Origin: a virus
Strand: one strand, 5' to 3'
IMG/VR virus record: IMGVR_UViG_3300020047_004329
Span: 1 to 39,303 of that record
DNA: 39,303 nucleotides
Part shown: one piece after another, positions 1-9,414 of the stretch
Position numbering within the stretch: the stretch's first letter is position 1
Layout: every line of letters begins with the position of its first letter
Notes under the pieces: model-generated
What the model was told of the DNA's origin: nothing
What the model saw: only the letters and a program-made list of their open reading frames with translations
Database searches by the model: none
Translations under genes and position numbers: made by a program

Positions 1-121
1 CTTGGATGGCCTGATGAACAACATAAACGCTGTGAAGCGCCGCACAAATGGACGACACACTTAAGGAAGATTTGGAGGCGTTCAAGCTGGCGTCGGAGCA
101 TGAGTCAGACCAGCGCGCCAC
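1..121. repeat. terminal overlap of a circularly closed assembly (identical to 39183-39303)
   Basis: Bases 1-121 recur verbatim at 39183-39303. The repeat spans the terminase-portal junction, so the unique unit is 39,182 bp. Confidence 0.9.
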
Positions 122-2309
122 CATGCTTGAAGTGTTGAAGTTCGTCAAGCAGGGCGAACAGTGGCCGGAAGAGGTCATTAACAAGCGCAAGAAGGAAGGG
201 CGACCGTGTCTCACGATTAACCGCCTGCCTGCGTTTGGCAAGCAAGTGCTGAACGATGCACGCCAGAACCGCCCCGCGATCAAGTGCCATCCTGTTGGCG
301 ACAAGGCCGACAAAGAGACAGCGGAGATTCTGGACGGGCTGATCCGCAACATCGAATATTCAAGCAACGCTGATGTTGCCTACGACACGGCCCTAGACTT
401 CTCCGTTCACGGCGGCATTGGCTATGCGACCGTCGATATTGACTACTCGGACGCCGACTCCTTCGACAAGGACATCAAGATCAACCGGGTGAGCAATCCG
501 TTCTCGGTCTACGGCGATCCAGCATCACGCGCCGCTGATTCGTCTGACTGGAATCGCGCCTTCGTTACCGACCGCATCACCGAAAAAGAGTTCAAAAAGC
601 GCTATCCAGACGCATCTGTATCTAGTTTCGACGAAGCTGAAGACGATGTAGACGAGGAGTGGTTCGAGGAAAATATGGTGCGCATCGCAGAGGCATGGAC
701 GCGAGAGCGCAAGCCCGCCAAACTGCTGAAGCTGACAGACGGCACGCTGTTGATGGAGGACTCGTACCTCAAGCTGAAAGACATTCTCGACGCGCAGGGC
801 ATCACGGTAAGCGGCGACAGGGACACGACGATGCTTGTGGTGAAGCAGCGCATCATCACAGGCGCGGAGATTCTAGAGCGCAATGACTGGCCGGGTAAGT
901 TCATTCCCATCGTGCCTTGTTATGGCGATGAGGTGAACGTCGAAGGCAAGCGCAGTTTTCAGGGCCTGTTTCACTTCGCCATGGACGCGCAGCGGAACTA
1001 CAACTACTGGCGCACCGCGACGACTGAACTAGTGGCGCTGGCTCCTAAAGTGCCATTTATCGGACCGACCGGCGCTTTCGATTCTGACGCTGACAAGTGG
1101 GCTACTGCCAACACCGATAGCCACGCATACATCCAGTTTGACGGGCAGATGATGCCGCAACGCCAACAGTTCGCTGGCCCTCCCGCTGGCGCGCTGCAAG
1201 AGGCGCTCAATGCAAGCGACGACCTCAAGAACATCATGGGCCTGCACGATGCAAGCCTGGGCAAGCAGGGCAACGAGACATCAGGACGCGCCATACTTGC
1301 GAGGCAGCGCGAGGGCGATATTGCGACATTTAACTTTGTGGACAACCAGAGCAGGTTTATCCGCCACATCGGCAGCATCGTGCTTGACCTGATCCCAAAA
1401 GTCTATGACGTTCCCAGGATCGTGCGAGTCATCAAAGAAGACGGCAGCAACTACAGCGTGCCTGTGAACCAAAAAGTGCAGCAACTGCCACCGCAAGCCA
1501 CGGAAGACGGGCAACCACCAGACCCAGCCGCACCGCCACAGTATCAGCCTGCCGACCCTGAACAACAGGAAGAGATCGCAGGGCTTATCAAAGTGTTTGA
1601 TTTAACCGCAGGCAAATACGACATCACGGTAGAGGCTGGGCCTTCGTTCAACACGCGCAGGCAAGAGGCAAGCGCACAGATGGGCGAATTCATCAAGTCC
1701 ATGCCAAATGTCCCGCCAAAGGCTATCGGGATGCTGGTGAAAAACATGGATTGGCCTGGTGCTGACGACTTCGCCAAAGCCATCGCAGGCGAGAAAGACC
1801 CGCAACTGATGCAGGCGGAGCAGGCTATCGGGCAACTGAAACAGCAAATGCAGCAAATGCAGCAGCAGCTACAGGACAAGCAGGCCGAATTGCAGCTTAA
1901 GGGCGCTGAAATCCAGATCAAGCAGATGGACGCGCAAACCAAAGCGATGCAGGCACAAAAGGCCATGCAAGACCCTGGCGAAGCACCAGAAGACAACAGC
2001 TTCGAAGCGTGGAAGTTGCGGACGCAAATGGAGTTCGACCGCTGGAAGACTGAGCAGGACAACGCGGTAAAGATTCAGATCGAAAGCATGAAGCAGCAGA
2101 CCGCACTGGACACAACGACCATGGGCATCGAGGCGAACAGCAACGCCAAGGTGCAGGATCAACTAGGTCCTGTGCTGGAGCAGATGGCAAGCCTTGGACA
2201 GACGATGCATATGTATATGTCGGCCCCACGCAAAATCATTCGCGGCAAAGATGGGCGGGCTGAAGGTTTGGCGATTGTTGGGCCAGGTACCCAGCAGGGG
2301 GTTGCGTGA
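48..2309 (+). CDS. portal protein (P22 gp1-like)
   Basis: 753-aa ORF directly after the large terminase on the circular map. Blocks align by eye to the P22 portal (FIPIVPCYGDE vs P22 HIPIVPVFGEW). It has a long Q/A/K-rich C-terminal coiled coil like the P22 portal barrel. Confidence 0.85.
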   Translation: MDDTLKEDLEAFKLASEHESDQRATMLEVLKFVKQGEQWPEEVINKRKKEGRPCLTINRLPAFGKQVLNDARQNRPAIKCHPVGDKADKETAEILDGLIRNIEYSSNADVAYDTALDFSVHGGIGYATVDIDYSDADSFDKDIKINRVSNPFSVYGDPASRAADSSDWNRAFVTDRITEKEFKKRYPDASVSSFDEAEDDVDEEWFEENMVRIAEAWTRERKPAKLLKLTDGTLLMEDSYLKLKDILDAQGITVSGDRDTTMLVVKQRIITGAEILERNDWPGKFIPIVPCYGDEVNVEGKRSFQGLFHFAMDAQRNYNYWRTATTELVALAPKVPFIGPTGAFDSDADKWATANTDSHAYIQFDGQMMPQRQQFAGPPAGALQEALNASDDLKNIMGLHDASLGKQGNETSGRAILARQREGDIATFNFVDNQSRFIRHIGSIVLDLIPKVYDVPRIVRVIKEDGSNYSVPVNQKVQQLPPQATEDGQPPDPAAPPQYQPADPEQQEEIAGLIKVFDLTAGKYDITVEAGPSFNTRRQEASAQMGEFIKSMPNVPPKAIGMLVKNMDWPGADDFAKAIAGEKDPQLMQAEQAIGQLKQQMQQMQQQLQDKQAELQLKGAEIQIKQMDAQTKAMQAQKAMQDPGEAPEDNSFEAWKLRTQMEFDRWKTEQDNAVKIQIESMKQQTALDTTTMGIEANSNAKVQDQLGPVLEQMASLGQTMHMYMSAPRKIIRGKDGRAEGLAIVGPGTQQGVA

Positions 2310-2662
2310 GTATCCTGCGCAACCCTTCTGGTTTCGGTCGCGGCACTTCTGACGGCGAGAACACAGGCGGCGGCGGATGGCTCCCGCAACAGCGCAGGCG
2401 CACCAGAAAAGAGCTACACGCCGAACGTGTGCGGCTTGGCATCTTGCCGCCCGATGTCGTTAAAGCGGCGCAAAAGGCTGCAGCGGTGGTGTTGGACGAG
2501 CCAAGCCCGGCGAAGGCTTACAGGGCCGATCCAGAGGCGGCAAACAAGGTGTTTCTGCGCGAACTAGGGGCAACCAAAATGCTGCCCGACTACACGCGGG
2601 CAATCAAGATTCAGATTGAAATCATGCAGCAGGAAGAAGAAGAAATTCTGCTGCTTCTATAG
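2306..2662 (+). CDS. hypothetical protein
   Basis: 118-aa ORF whose GTG start overlaps the portal stop (GTGA coupling). No recognisable domain. Confidence 0.4.
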   Translation: MSILRNPSGFGRGTSDGENTGGGGWLPQQRRRTRKELHAERVRLGILPPDVVKAAQKAAAVVLDEPSPAKAYRADPEAANKVFLRELGATKMLPDYTRAIKIQIEIMQQEEEEILLLL

Positions 2663-2670
2663 GACTAACA

Positions 2671-4293
2671 ATGGCAACCATCACCACAACTACTAGCCTG
2701 TCGTTCGACGCAGCGGCAAGCCTGACCGTGGGCGTTGACAAGAACTTTGAAGGCTCTATCGCGTTCACAAGTGCCAACGATGATGTGTGGCCGTCGTTCA
2801 CGGTGACGAAGCCGCAGAGCAAGGTGTACGGGCCGTTCGGCATTGCGATGACGGCGGTTATCACTGTTGGCAATGGATCGCTTGACTACACGATCAACGG
2901 GGGTATGGGCGGGTTTGGCTACGACACTGATGGCAATCCGACATCCCTGGTGTCAGCGGATGGGATTCCAAATACTCTGAGCGTGGGCGCAATCCAGGGC
3001 TTCAGCGCAGCGACCACGATCCCCGAGATTGTGTTTGACCAGTCCAAAGGCGGGCAGTACCTGTTTACGGCCTACGATGCTGGCAACAATTACACATCGT
3101 CGCTATCGGTTGCCACGGGCACGTTGGCAAGCATGACAAAGACGGCCATTTCCGCCACAAACGTCAGCAACTTGAAGGACACGGCTGGCGCGGCAATCAC
3201 GGCTGGCGCAGTTGTTTGCGCGTGGTGGATCAACGAAACCCGATTCATGTTCGTCGGCAAAAAGAACAGCGGCAACACGAATTACGTTTGGATTTGCGAC
3301 TACAACGGTGGCGCGTGGAAGGTCGGCAGCAACTCGACTACCTTTGACAACGGCAACGCCGTTCTCGCACTTGGCCTTTACTCTGGCGGGCAGGCTGGAC
3401 TTTCTGGGGTGCTGCACTCCCGTTCGGTTGCCATGAATTTGGACGCTTCCAAGATTCTGATTGCCGAGTACAACGTGGCAACCGGGCGCGTAACGGGTGG
3501 AACAAATGACGCAATCCGCGTCTACCAATCAGCCGATCAGGGCGCAACGTGGTCAGCATTGCTGACGCACAACACCAGCGGCAACCAGATGCGCCACTGG
3601 CATTTTGTGAAATTTGATCCATACAACAGCGCCCGACCATGGATCATTGGTGGTGGCGATGATCCGCTGAGTGCGTTGATCCGGTGGGATGGAACATCCA
3701 GCGCGCCCGCTGCAAATACGCCGCTGACACAGGCGGGTTTTGCTGGCTATCCGGGGTGGGAGGTCATGCACGACACGGCGGGGATTGAGTGCCGAAGTGG
3801 GGACATTGCGATCCATCCGCAGACGCTGCACTATATGTCGGACAACTCGGAAGTCAACACTGCAGAAAAGTACAACTTTCAAGTTTCCAAACATCGTCCA
3901 CTTGCCCGCGTGCGGGCGAATCAGCATGATCGCTCTATTGGGCGTTCCCCGTTGATTTGCTGCGAATTGCCAAACGGAGCGACGGTATGGGGCACGATCC
4001 GCGAGGCGCAGGACTTGGGGGCAGCGCCTGAATCGTGGCAGGGGTACGATTTCCTGTACACCCCGGACGGCGTCACCTTCCACAAGATCGCAAAGACGCG
4101 CGATGTCTCTGCCAGCGGCACCGGAACGCTGAGCAACATTTTCATGAGCAACGAGGGAATACTTGTAATTTCCGGGCTCAATGCGCGTGGCTGCAAGTTG
4201 CGGCCATCTGCATCCACGAATGGCGAGGGATCGCTGCTGGTGACGCTGCAGGCGTGGGACGGCGCGGTACGGACATTGCAAGGCACCGCCTGA
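2671..4293 (+). CDS. Asp-box (BNR) repeat protein, sialidase-like beta-propeller candidate
   Basis: 540-aa ORF with one canonical Asp-box (SADQGATW) and weaker copies (YTPDGVTF, YNGGAW). It sits unusually between portal and scaffold. Confidence 0.55.
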   Translation: MATITTTTSLSFDAAASLTVGVDKNFEGSIAFTSANDDVWPSFTVTKPQSKVYGPFGIAMTAVITVGNGSLDYTINGGMGGFGYDTDGNPTSLVSADGIPNTLSVGAIQGFSAATTIPEIVFDQSKGGQYLFTAYDAGNNYTSSLSVATGTLASMTKTAISATNVSNLKDTAGAAITAGAVVCAWWINETRFMFVGKKNSGNTNYVWICDYNGGAWKVGSNSTTFDNGNAVLALGLYSGGQAGLSGVLHSRSVAMNLDASKILIAEYNVATGRVTGGTNDAIRVYQSADQGATWSALLTHNTSGNQMRHWHFVKFDPYNSARPWIIGGGDDPLSALIRWDGTSSAPAANTPLTQAGFAGYPGWEVMHDTAGIECRSGDIAIHPQTLHYMSDNSEVNTAEKYNFQVSKHRPLARVRANQHDRSIGRSPLICCELPNGATVWGTIREAQDLGAAPESWQGYDFLYTPDGVTFHKIAKTRDVSASGTGTLSNIFMSNEGILVISGLNARGCKLRPSASTNGEGSLLVTLQAWDGAVRTLQGTA

Positions 4294-4339
4294 TCCCATC
4301 CCCTGCCGGTGGGTCACCGGCGCAAATTGAAAGGCAATT

Positions 4340-4651
4340 GTGGACTCCATCGAATCTGAAATCCAAGCCAAGGGGCTGACCGCCCCGCGCGTCACGCTCG
4401 ACGACCTGAACGCCGCCATCGCGCACACTGAGATCGTCAAGCACGTCTCGGCCGGAGGCCAGATCATGCGCTGGGCAGTCATCACGACCCGCAACGGCTA
4501 CGCCGTAACCGGACGCCCCTCGGTTGCGGTCTCCCCTGCCAACGACAACGCCGAACTCGGCGAGAAGCTGGCCGTGGACAACGCCCGCAACGAACTGTGG
4601 CCGCTCATGGGCTATGCACTGAAAGAACGACTGGGCGGGTATTTCCCATAA
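4340..4651 (+). CDS. Gp49-like protein (N4 gp49 / Sf6 gp66 family)
   Basis: 103-aa ORF with a GTG start after a gaaagg SD. The central TTRNGYAVTG...SPANDNAELGEKLA..NA...LWPLMGY pattern matches my memory of the Phage_gp49_66 family. Confidence 0.6.
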   Translation: MDSIESEIQAKGLTAPRVTLDDLNAAIAHTEIVKHVSAGGQIMRWAVITTRNGYAVTGRPSVAVSPANDNAELGEKLAVDNARNELWPLMGYALKERLGGYFP

Positions 4652-4790
4652 GTTGCCGGTGCTGACAGGATAAAGAACAACCAACCGCAACGGGCGGCGG
4701 ATTTGTAACCCACTCACCGGGGTTTTTTTACGCCCAAAAACGTCGAGAGACGCAGGGGCCAAAGCCTAATAAGCAGCGGCCATAGACCCC

Positions 4791-5618
4791 ATGGAAGATT
4801 TGGAACAACCGGCGACGGACTCCACAGTAGAAGACTTGCCCGAGGTAGATGACGAAGTTGTCAGCACTGATGAACCGGAACAAACCCCGGTGGAAAGTGA
4901 TGACGAGGAAATCGACTATGAAGGCGAGAAGTACAAAGTTCCCAAGAAGCTCAAAGATGCGTTTCTGCGCCAGGCGGATTACACCGTCAAAACGCAAACC
5001 ATCGCGGAGGAGCGACGGGCCTTTGAGGCTGCGCAACAGGAGTTTGTGCAGCGACAACAGTTTCAGAGTCAGCACATAGAGCGGATCGCTGAAGTCAAGG
5101 CAATCGACCACAGGCTAGAGCAATTTGGCAAGTTGGATTGGAACGCACTGACAGACGCGGACCCGGTGCAGGCCATGAAACTGGACCGCGAAATGCGCGC
5201 CCTGCAACAGCAGCGCGGCCAGCATGTAGCGGCTATCACCCAAGCGCAGGAGCAGGCGGCTCTCCAGACTCAACAGGCAACTGCAAGGAGTCTTCAGGAG
5301 GCACAAGCCACGCTTGCGCGGGAGATTACAGGGTACGGCACGCCAGAGGTCATGAAGGCCTTGAAGGCGACGGCAAAGGAGATTGGTTTTCGGGATGAGG
5401 AGTTGGCTAACGTCAATGACCCTCGCGCCGTGAAGCTGCTCTATGAGGCCAGCCAGTACCGCAAGCTGATGGCAAAGGCAAAGACAGCGGAAAAGCCCGA
5501 TGTGAAACCAATCACGCGGATCGCTGGCGCTACTGCCACGGCTGAGAAAAGTCCAAGCGCAATGACTGATTCCGAGTTCGCTAAATGGCGGCAGCGGCAG
5601 ATTGCACAACGTAAGTAA
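4791..5618 (+). CDS. scaffolding protein
   Basis: 275 aa with an acidic N-terminus and Q/A/E-rich coiled-coil composition. It lies immediately upstream of the coat gene, as P22 gp8 does. Confidence 0.65.
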   Translation: MEDLEQPATDSTVEDLPEVDDEVVSTDEPEQTPVESDDEEIDYEGEKYKVPKKLKDAFLRQADYTVKTQTIAEERRAFEAAQQEFVQRQQFQSQHIERIAEVKAIDHRLEQFGKLDWNALTDADPVQAMKLDREMRALQQQRGQHVAAITQAQEQAALQTQQATARSLQEAQATLAREITGYGTPEVMKALKATAKEIGFRDEELANVNDPRAVKLLYEASQYRKLMAKAKTAEKPDVKPITRIAGATATAEKSPSAMTDSEFAKWRQRQIAQRK

Positions 5619-5651
5619 ACCCTTAACGCCGAGAGGCGCTGGAGTATTTCA

Positions 5652-7172
5652 ATGCCCAATTCTTTGGTCACTATCGACATGGTGACGCGCGAAGCGTTGC
5701 GTGTCGCCCATGAGTCGTGCCAGTTCATTTCCACCACGGATCGCCAATACGATAGCTCGTATGCGAAGACCGGTGCAAAGATCGGCGCATCCCTTCGTGT
5801 TCGCAAGCCGAACCAGTACACCCGCACCCAAGGCTCCCGAGTCATGGATGTGCAGGACCAGGACGAGCAGACCGGCACGATCACTGTGGCAACGCAGGAT
5901 CACGTCGACATGCGTTTCAATTCTGCTGAACTCTCTTTGTCTATCGACGAACTGAGCAAGCGGTACATCGAGCCCGCCGTTAAGGTGCTGATTTCCAGCA
6001 TCGAAGCGGACTATCTGGCCTATGCCACGAAGAAGGTCTACAACGTCGTCGGCTCCGCTGGCACTGCCATCACAACCCTGTCCACTCCTGGCCTGGCGCG
6101 TGCGCGGCTGAACCAGATGCTTGCACCGAAAGACAACAATCGCGCCATCCAGATGGACAGCGTGACGATGGCTGGTCTTGTCAACGGTATGGCTGCGTAC
6201 TTCAACCCGAGTAACGCTATCGCTTCGCAGTACAAAGAAGGCTTGGTGGCTCGCACCTCCATGGCCGACTACTACGAAAACGAGCGTGTCTGGTCGTTGT
6301 CGAATAGCGCAGACGTTACCGTTACGACCGCTGGCGCTGCTGCCGTCACCGATGGCGGAACGAACATCACGCTTGCATCCGTGGCTAATGCTACGACCGC
6401 TGGCATGGTGTTCACTGTCGCTGGTGTCTACGCTTGCCATCCGGAGACGAAGCAGTCTCTTGGTTACCTGCAGCCGTATGTCGTCGTCACTGGCGGCACC
6501 ACGACGCAAGAGGTTAGCCCCGCAACGATTCTGACCGGCCCGCGCCAAAACGTGTGCTCGTCTGCATCGGCGCAACTGGCGACAACTGCGTACAACGGCA
6601 CGGCTGTTGCGGTCACGTTCTTCGGCGCAGCCAGCACGACCTACGCGCAGCCGCTGATGTACCACAAGGAAGCGTTCCAGTTCGTCACGGCAGATTTGCC
6701 ATTGATGGACGACGCTCACAAGTGCGTGCGCCGGACGCAAGACGGGCTGTCGCTTCGCGTGTGGCAGGCATCGGACATCAGGAATGACGAGTTAACAAAT
6801 TCCTTTGCATCTGCGAACGACTTTTCGTTTGCAGTAGCTGCATAAAGACGGCTCCTTTTCGCGGGAACGCGGATCGAACATTTCTCTAATTCGGTGAACA
6901 ACTCTGCGGAGTCAATACCGAGCCAAGCCGCGATAAGCGGAAGGTGTAACGACTAGTCGAAAGACGTAGGGCCAAGCGGTCCGAAATGGGAAACAGCCAG
7001 AACGGCTGAAGAGATAGTCTGCTCTGCATGGTGACATGCAGCGGGTCGAACGACCGGGCGTGAAATAGCGAATCACGTTGAACATTTGGTGCTTATGCGT
7101 ATCGACATCCTGTACGGCATGGCCGCACTTCGCCCCGAGTGGGCTTGCCGAATGATCGGCGCGGCCAGCTAA
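5652..7172 (+). CDS. major capsid (coat) protein, P22 gp5-like, intron-split: join(5652..6792,7090..7172), 407 aa
   Basis: The exon 1 ORF runs on into a non-protein-like tail (stop 6843-6845). In the same frame, 7090-7172 encodes LLMRIDILYGMAALRPEWACRMIGAAS*. This matches the P22 coat C-terminus ([28 protein letters not shown]) with identical DI-to-RI spacing. A terminator follows. Confidence 0.8.
6793..7089 (+). ncRNA. group I self-splicing intron (IA2, T4 td-like), no internal ORF
   Basis: 7014-7042 (atagtctgctctgcatggtgacatgcagc) and 6947-6955 (taacgacta) match the T4 td intron as I remember it. Foldable elements: P2 6858-6873 (GGAA loop), P3 6881-6886/6988-6993, P4 6891-6895/6917-6921, P5 6901-6912, P6 6927-6940, P7 6951-6955/7015-7019, P7.1 6956-6965 (GAAA), P8 6994-7008, P9 7024-7041 (GUGA). 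The IGS ggctc (6850-6854) pairs with exon GAGU, with a U6792-G6851 wobble. The terminal G is 7089. Confidence 0.8.
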
Positions 7173-7176
7173 TTGA

Positions 7177-7200
7177 AGGGGCTTCGGCCCTTTCTCTTTC
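7177..7200 (+). terminator. intrinsic terminator after coat gene
   Basis: The aggggc-TTCG-gccctt hairpin (UUCG tetraloop) is followed by a T/C-rich tract, 5 nt after the exon 2 stop. Confidence 0.6.
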
Positions 7201-7221
7201 TCAAACTTTCAAGGAAAAATC

Positions 7222-7434
7222 ATGGCAGCACAAGACTACGAGCAGGTAACGTACAACGGCCCTGAAGGCGCACAAATCGGCAAATCGGCCACGGAGAAAC
7301 TTGGTTTTTTCGGTGCCACGCCGGTCGTGCAAATTGCGAACGTGGTTGACGCCACGGACGCGGCAACGGCTATTACCAAGCTCAACGCGGTGATCGCTGG
7401 TCTGGAGTCGCTGGGCCTGTTTGCATCGGCCTAA
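7222..7434 (+). CDS. small head-associated protein (hypothetical)
   Basis: 70-aa ORF with a good SD (aaggaaaaatc-ATG) directly after the coat terminator. The KLGFFGATPVVQ motif is common in small genes downstream of coat genes. Confidence 0.55.
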   Translation: MAAQDYEQVTYNGPEGAQIGKSATEKLGFFGATPVVQIANVVDATDAATAITKLNAVIAGLESLGLFASA

Positions 7435-8068
7435 TGTGACTGGGCGACTGTTCATCTGTTCGCCCTCTTTTAGCGGGGACTATTGCGCCCCGTTCACAGA
7501 ATCATTGGTCGGGTCTATCAAAGACCTCGGCCAGCACGGCATCAAGTCTGTCTATAAGACTTTGGTGGGTGTGCATTGGATTGACATCGCCAGAGACATC
7601 CTATCGGCGGTGTTCCTGAAAACTGATTGCACGCACATGCTCCAGATCGACGCCGATCTGGGGTGGAGTGCAGACGCGCCGCGCAGGATGATCGAAGCGG
7701 ATAAGCCCGTTATAGGCGGCACTTACCCAATCAAGGCAGATGTGTCGCACTACTCGCTTAAACGTGATGGCGGGGCGATTACGGGCCTTCCCGGCGGCTT
7801 CTTGATGGTGCGCCGCGATGTTGTTGAGCGACTAAGCGCTGGGCCTAAGTATGCGTGTGCATCGCTGCAGTTTGGAGCAATGGAAGTCGCCCCGCTGTTT
7901 ACCCGCGTGTTTCGGGATGGCGGCTACCAAGGCGAGGACTACGCATTTTGCGCCAGGGCAATCGCTGCTGGTTACGAACTGGCGCTAGAGGCAAATATTG
8001 ATTTTGTCCACGTAGGACGAAAGGAATGGCATGGGAATTTCTCTCACACACCCGCAACGGCAGTCTAG
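7421..8068 (+). CDS. glycosyltransferase (GT-A fold, family 2-like)
   Basis: 215 aa with a DxD-type motif (QIDADL), PGGFLMVRR and GEDYAFC motifs typical of small phage/LPS glycosyltransferases. The exact start is uncertain because it overlaps the upstream gene. Confidence 0.6.
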   Translation: MHRPNVTGRLFICSPSFSGDYCAPFTESLVGSIKDLGQHGIKSVYKTLVGVHWIDIARDILSAVFLKTDCTHMLQIDADLGWSADAPRRMIEADKPVIGGTYPIKADVSHYSLKRDGGAITGLPGGFLMVRRDVVERLSAGPKYACASLQFGAMEVAPLFTRVFRDGGYQGEDYAFCARAIAAGYELALEANIDFVHVGRKEWHGNFSHTPATAV

Positions 8069-8261
8069 GCAATACGCCTACTCTGACCGCGATATTGCGT
8101 ATCTTGAAAAAAACGGATGGGTGCGCGAGAAGCCGCCAGAGCAAGTTGCAGTTCTTGTGCGGCAGATTGAAGACGACATTCTTGCTGGCGCTGGTTCGAC
8201 AAACACGGCCTTTGCTGCCGTCATCAAAAGCAAGGGCGGGCGACCCCGTAAGGTGAAATGA
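8031..8261 (+). CDS. hypothetical protein
   Basis: 76-aa ORF coupled to the next gene by an ATGA overlap. Basic C-terminus (GGRPRKVK). Confidence 0.4.
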   Translation: MGISLTHPQRQSRQYAYSDRDIAYLEKNGWVREKPPEQVAVLVRQIEDDILAGAGSTNTAFAAVIKSKGGRPRKVK

Positions 8262-8896
8262 GCATCACCACATATGCCGAACTGGTCACCGCGCTAGATG
8301 GCTTCGACGGCTATCTGCACCGCACCGACCTGACGGCGAAGATTCCCGACTTCATTGCACTCGCTGAATCGAAGATCAATCGCAAGCTGCGCGTTCTGCT
8401 GCAAGAAACGGAAAGCACGCTGACGGCTACGATTAGTAGTCGACTGATGGCAGCGCCCACAAGATTCGGCACGCCTATCGCGCTGTGGCTGACGACAGAC
8501 GAACCACGCGACGAACTGATCTATCGCACGCCGGAAGACTTGCCGGTAACGACGACTAACGGCGGCTCGGATTACTACACGGTCGACGGCTCCAACATCG
8601 CCACCGAGAATCCAGCCGACCAAGCCTACAGCTACACGCTGCGCTACTGGACACGTTTCGCGCTGGCAACGACTTCCACAAACACGGTGCTGACGAACTA
8701 TCCCGACGCCTATGTCTACGGGGCGCTGTGCGAGTCTGTGGGCACTACCCGCGACGACTCGCAACTGCAACTGTGGGAGGCGCGGTTTAACGCTGCGATC
8801 AAAGAAGCAATGACCGACACCACGAAAACCAAGGGCACTGCCACGCTACGAACTGAGTTCGGCGGGGATCGGCCCTCAATCCTGCGAGGTTACTAG
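8258..8896 (+). CDS. putative head-tail adaptor / head completion protein
   Basis: 212 aa placed between the head genes and the tail fiber. The N-terminal TYAELV...IPDFIALAESKINRKL pattern resembles connector/adaptor proteins. Confidence 0.4.
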   Translation: MSITTYAELVTALDGFDGYLHRTDLTAKIPDFIALAESKINRKLRVLLQETESTLTATISSRLMAAPTRFGTPIALWLTTDEPRDELIYRTPEDLPVTTTNGGSDYYTVDGSNIATENPADQAYSYTLRYWTRFALATTSTNTVLTNYPDAYVYGALCESVGTTRDDSQLQLWEARFNAAIKEAMTDTTKTKGTATLRTEFGGDRPSILRGY

Positions 8897-9414
8897 GCAA
8901 TGTGCGTCCACACCTTACGCGCGAGGATTCTTGAAATTACGTCTTGGCCAACTCCTAATTCGCGCGCAATAACGCCTTGTTTTCTTGTGTCTGCGCGTAT
9001 TCTCAAAACATCATCGCTAGTCAATTTGGCACAAGGGTTTTTTTCTCCTCGATTGGTTCTGCCTAGTTTTTTGGCATCTGCCATGTTCCCCTTCCTCGTG
9101 TCCCATCGCAGATTTTCCAGTGTGTTGTTTGTCCGGTTGCTGTCTTTGTGGCAGGCATCAAATGACTTCGGCATTTCTCCAACAAAAGCCATAAGGACAA
9201 GTCTGTGAACACGATGTTTTGTCCTGATGTTTTCTTTGCACAACGTGAGTGCGAGATAGCCCCATGTCCCAGTGTGCGGAGCAAGGATCGCGCCCTTAAG
9301 TTTTTTTGGTCCGCCGCTGTAATGCTTAACGATCCTATCTTCGCTACGTATCGCGCCAAGATTGGACGCGCTGTAAAGGCCTTCGTACCCTGGTATCGGC
9401 TTCCATATTTCCAT
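8893..9414 (-). CDS. HNH homing endonuclease (NUMOD4 + HNH)
   Basis: 173 aa with EIWKPIPGYEGLYSASNLG (NUMOD4) and HRLVLMAF...CHKDSNRTNNTLENLRW (HNH). It is one of only two candidate minus-strand genes in the virion operon (the other is the low-confidence 18102-18227 ORF). It is visibly AT-richer than its flanks. Confidence 0.85.
   Translation of the reverse strand: MEIWKPIPGYEGLYSASNLGAIRSEDRIVKHYSGGPKKLKGAILAPHTGTWGYLALTLCKENIRTKHRVHRLVLMAFVGEMPKSFDACHKDSNRTNNTLENLRWDTRKGNMADAKKLGRTNRGEKNPCAKLTSDDVLRIRADTRKQGVIARELGVGQDVISRILARKVWTHIA

Noticed and set aside
4683-4729. Possible intrinsic terminator after the Gp49-like gene.
   Set aside because: The stem is only about 5 bp (aaccc/gggtt) and shares bases with the T-run. 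This is too weak to call confidently, so it is left as a remark.
6793-6845. Read-through extension of the coat ORF (…LTNSFASANDFSFAVAA*) as the true C-terminus (track ORF 5652-6845).
   Set aside because: The tail is unlike any coat terminus. The conserved P22-type C-terminus is found in frame at 7090-7172, and the sequence in between folds as a group I intron.
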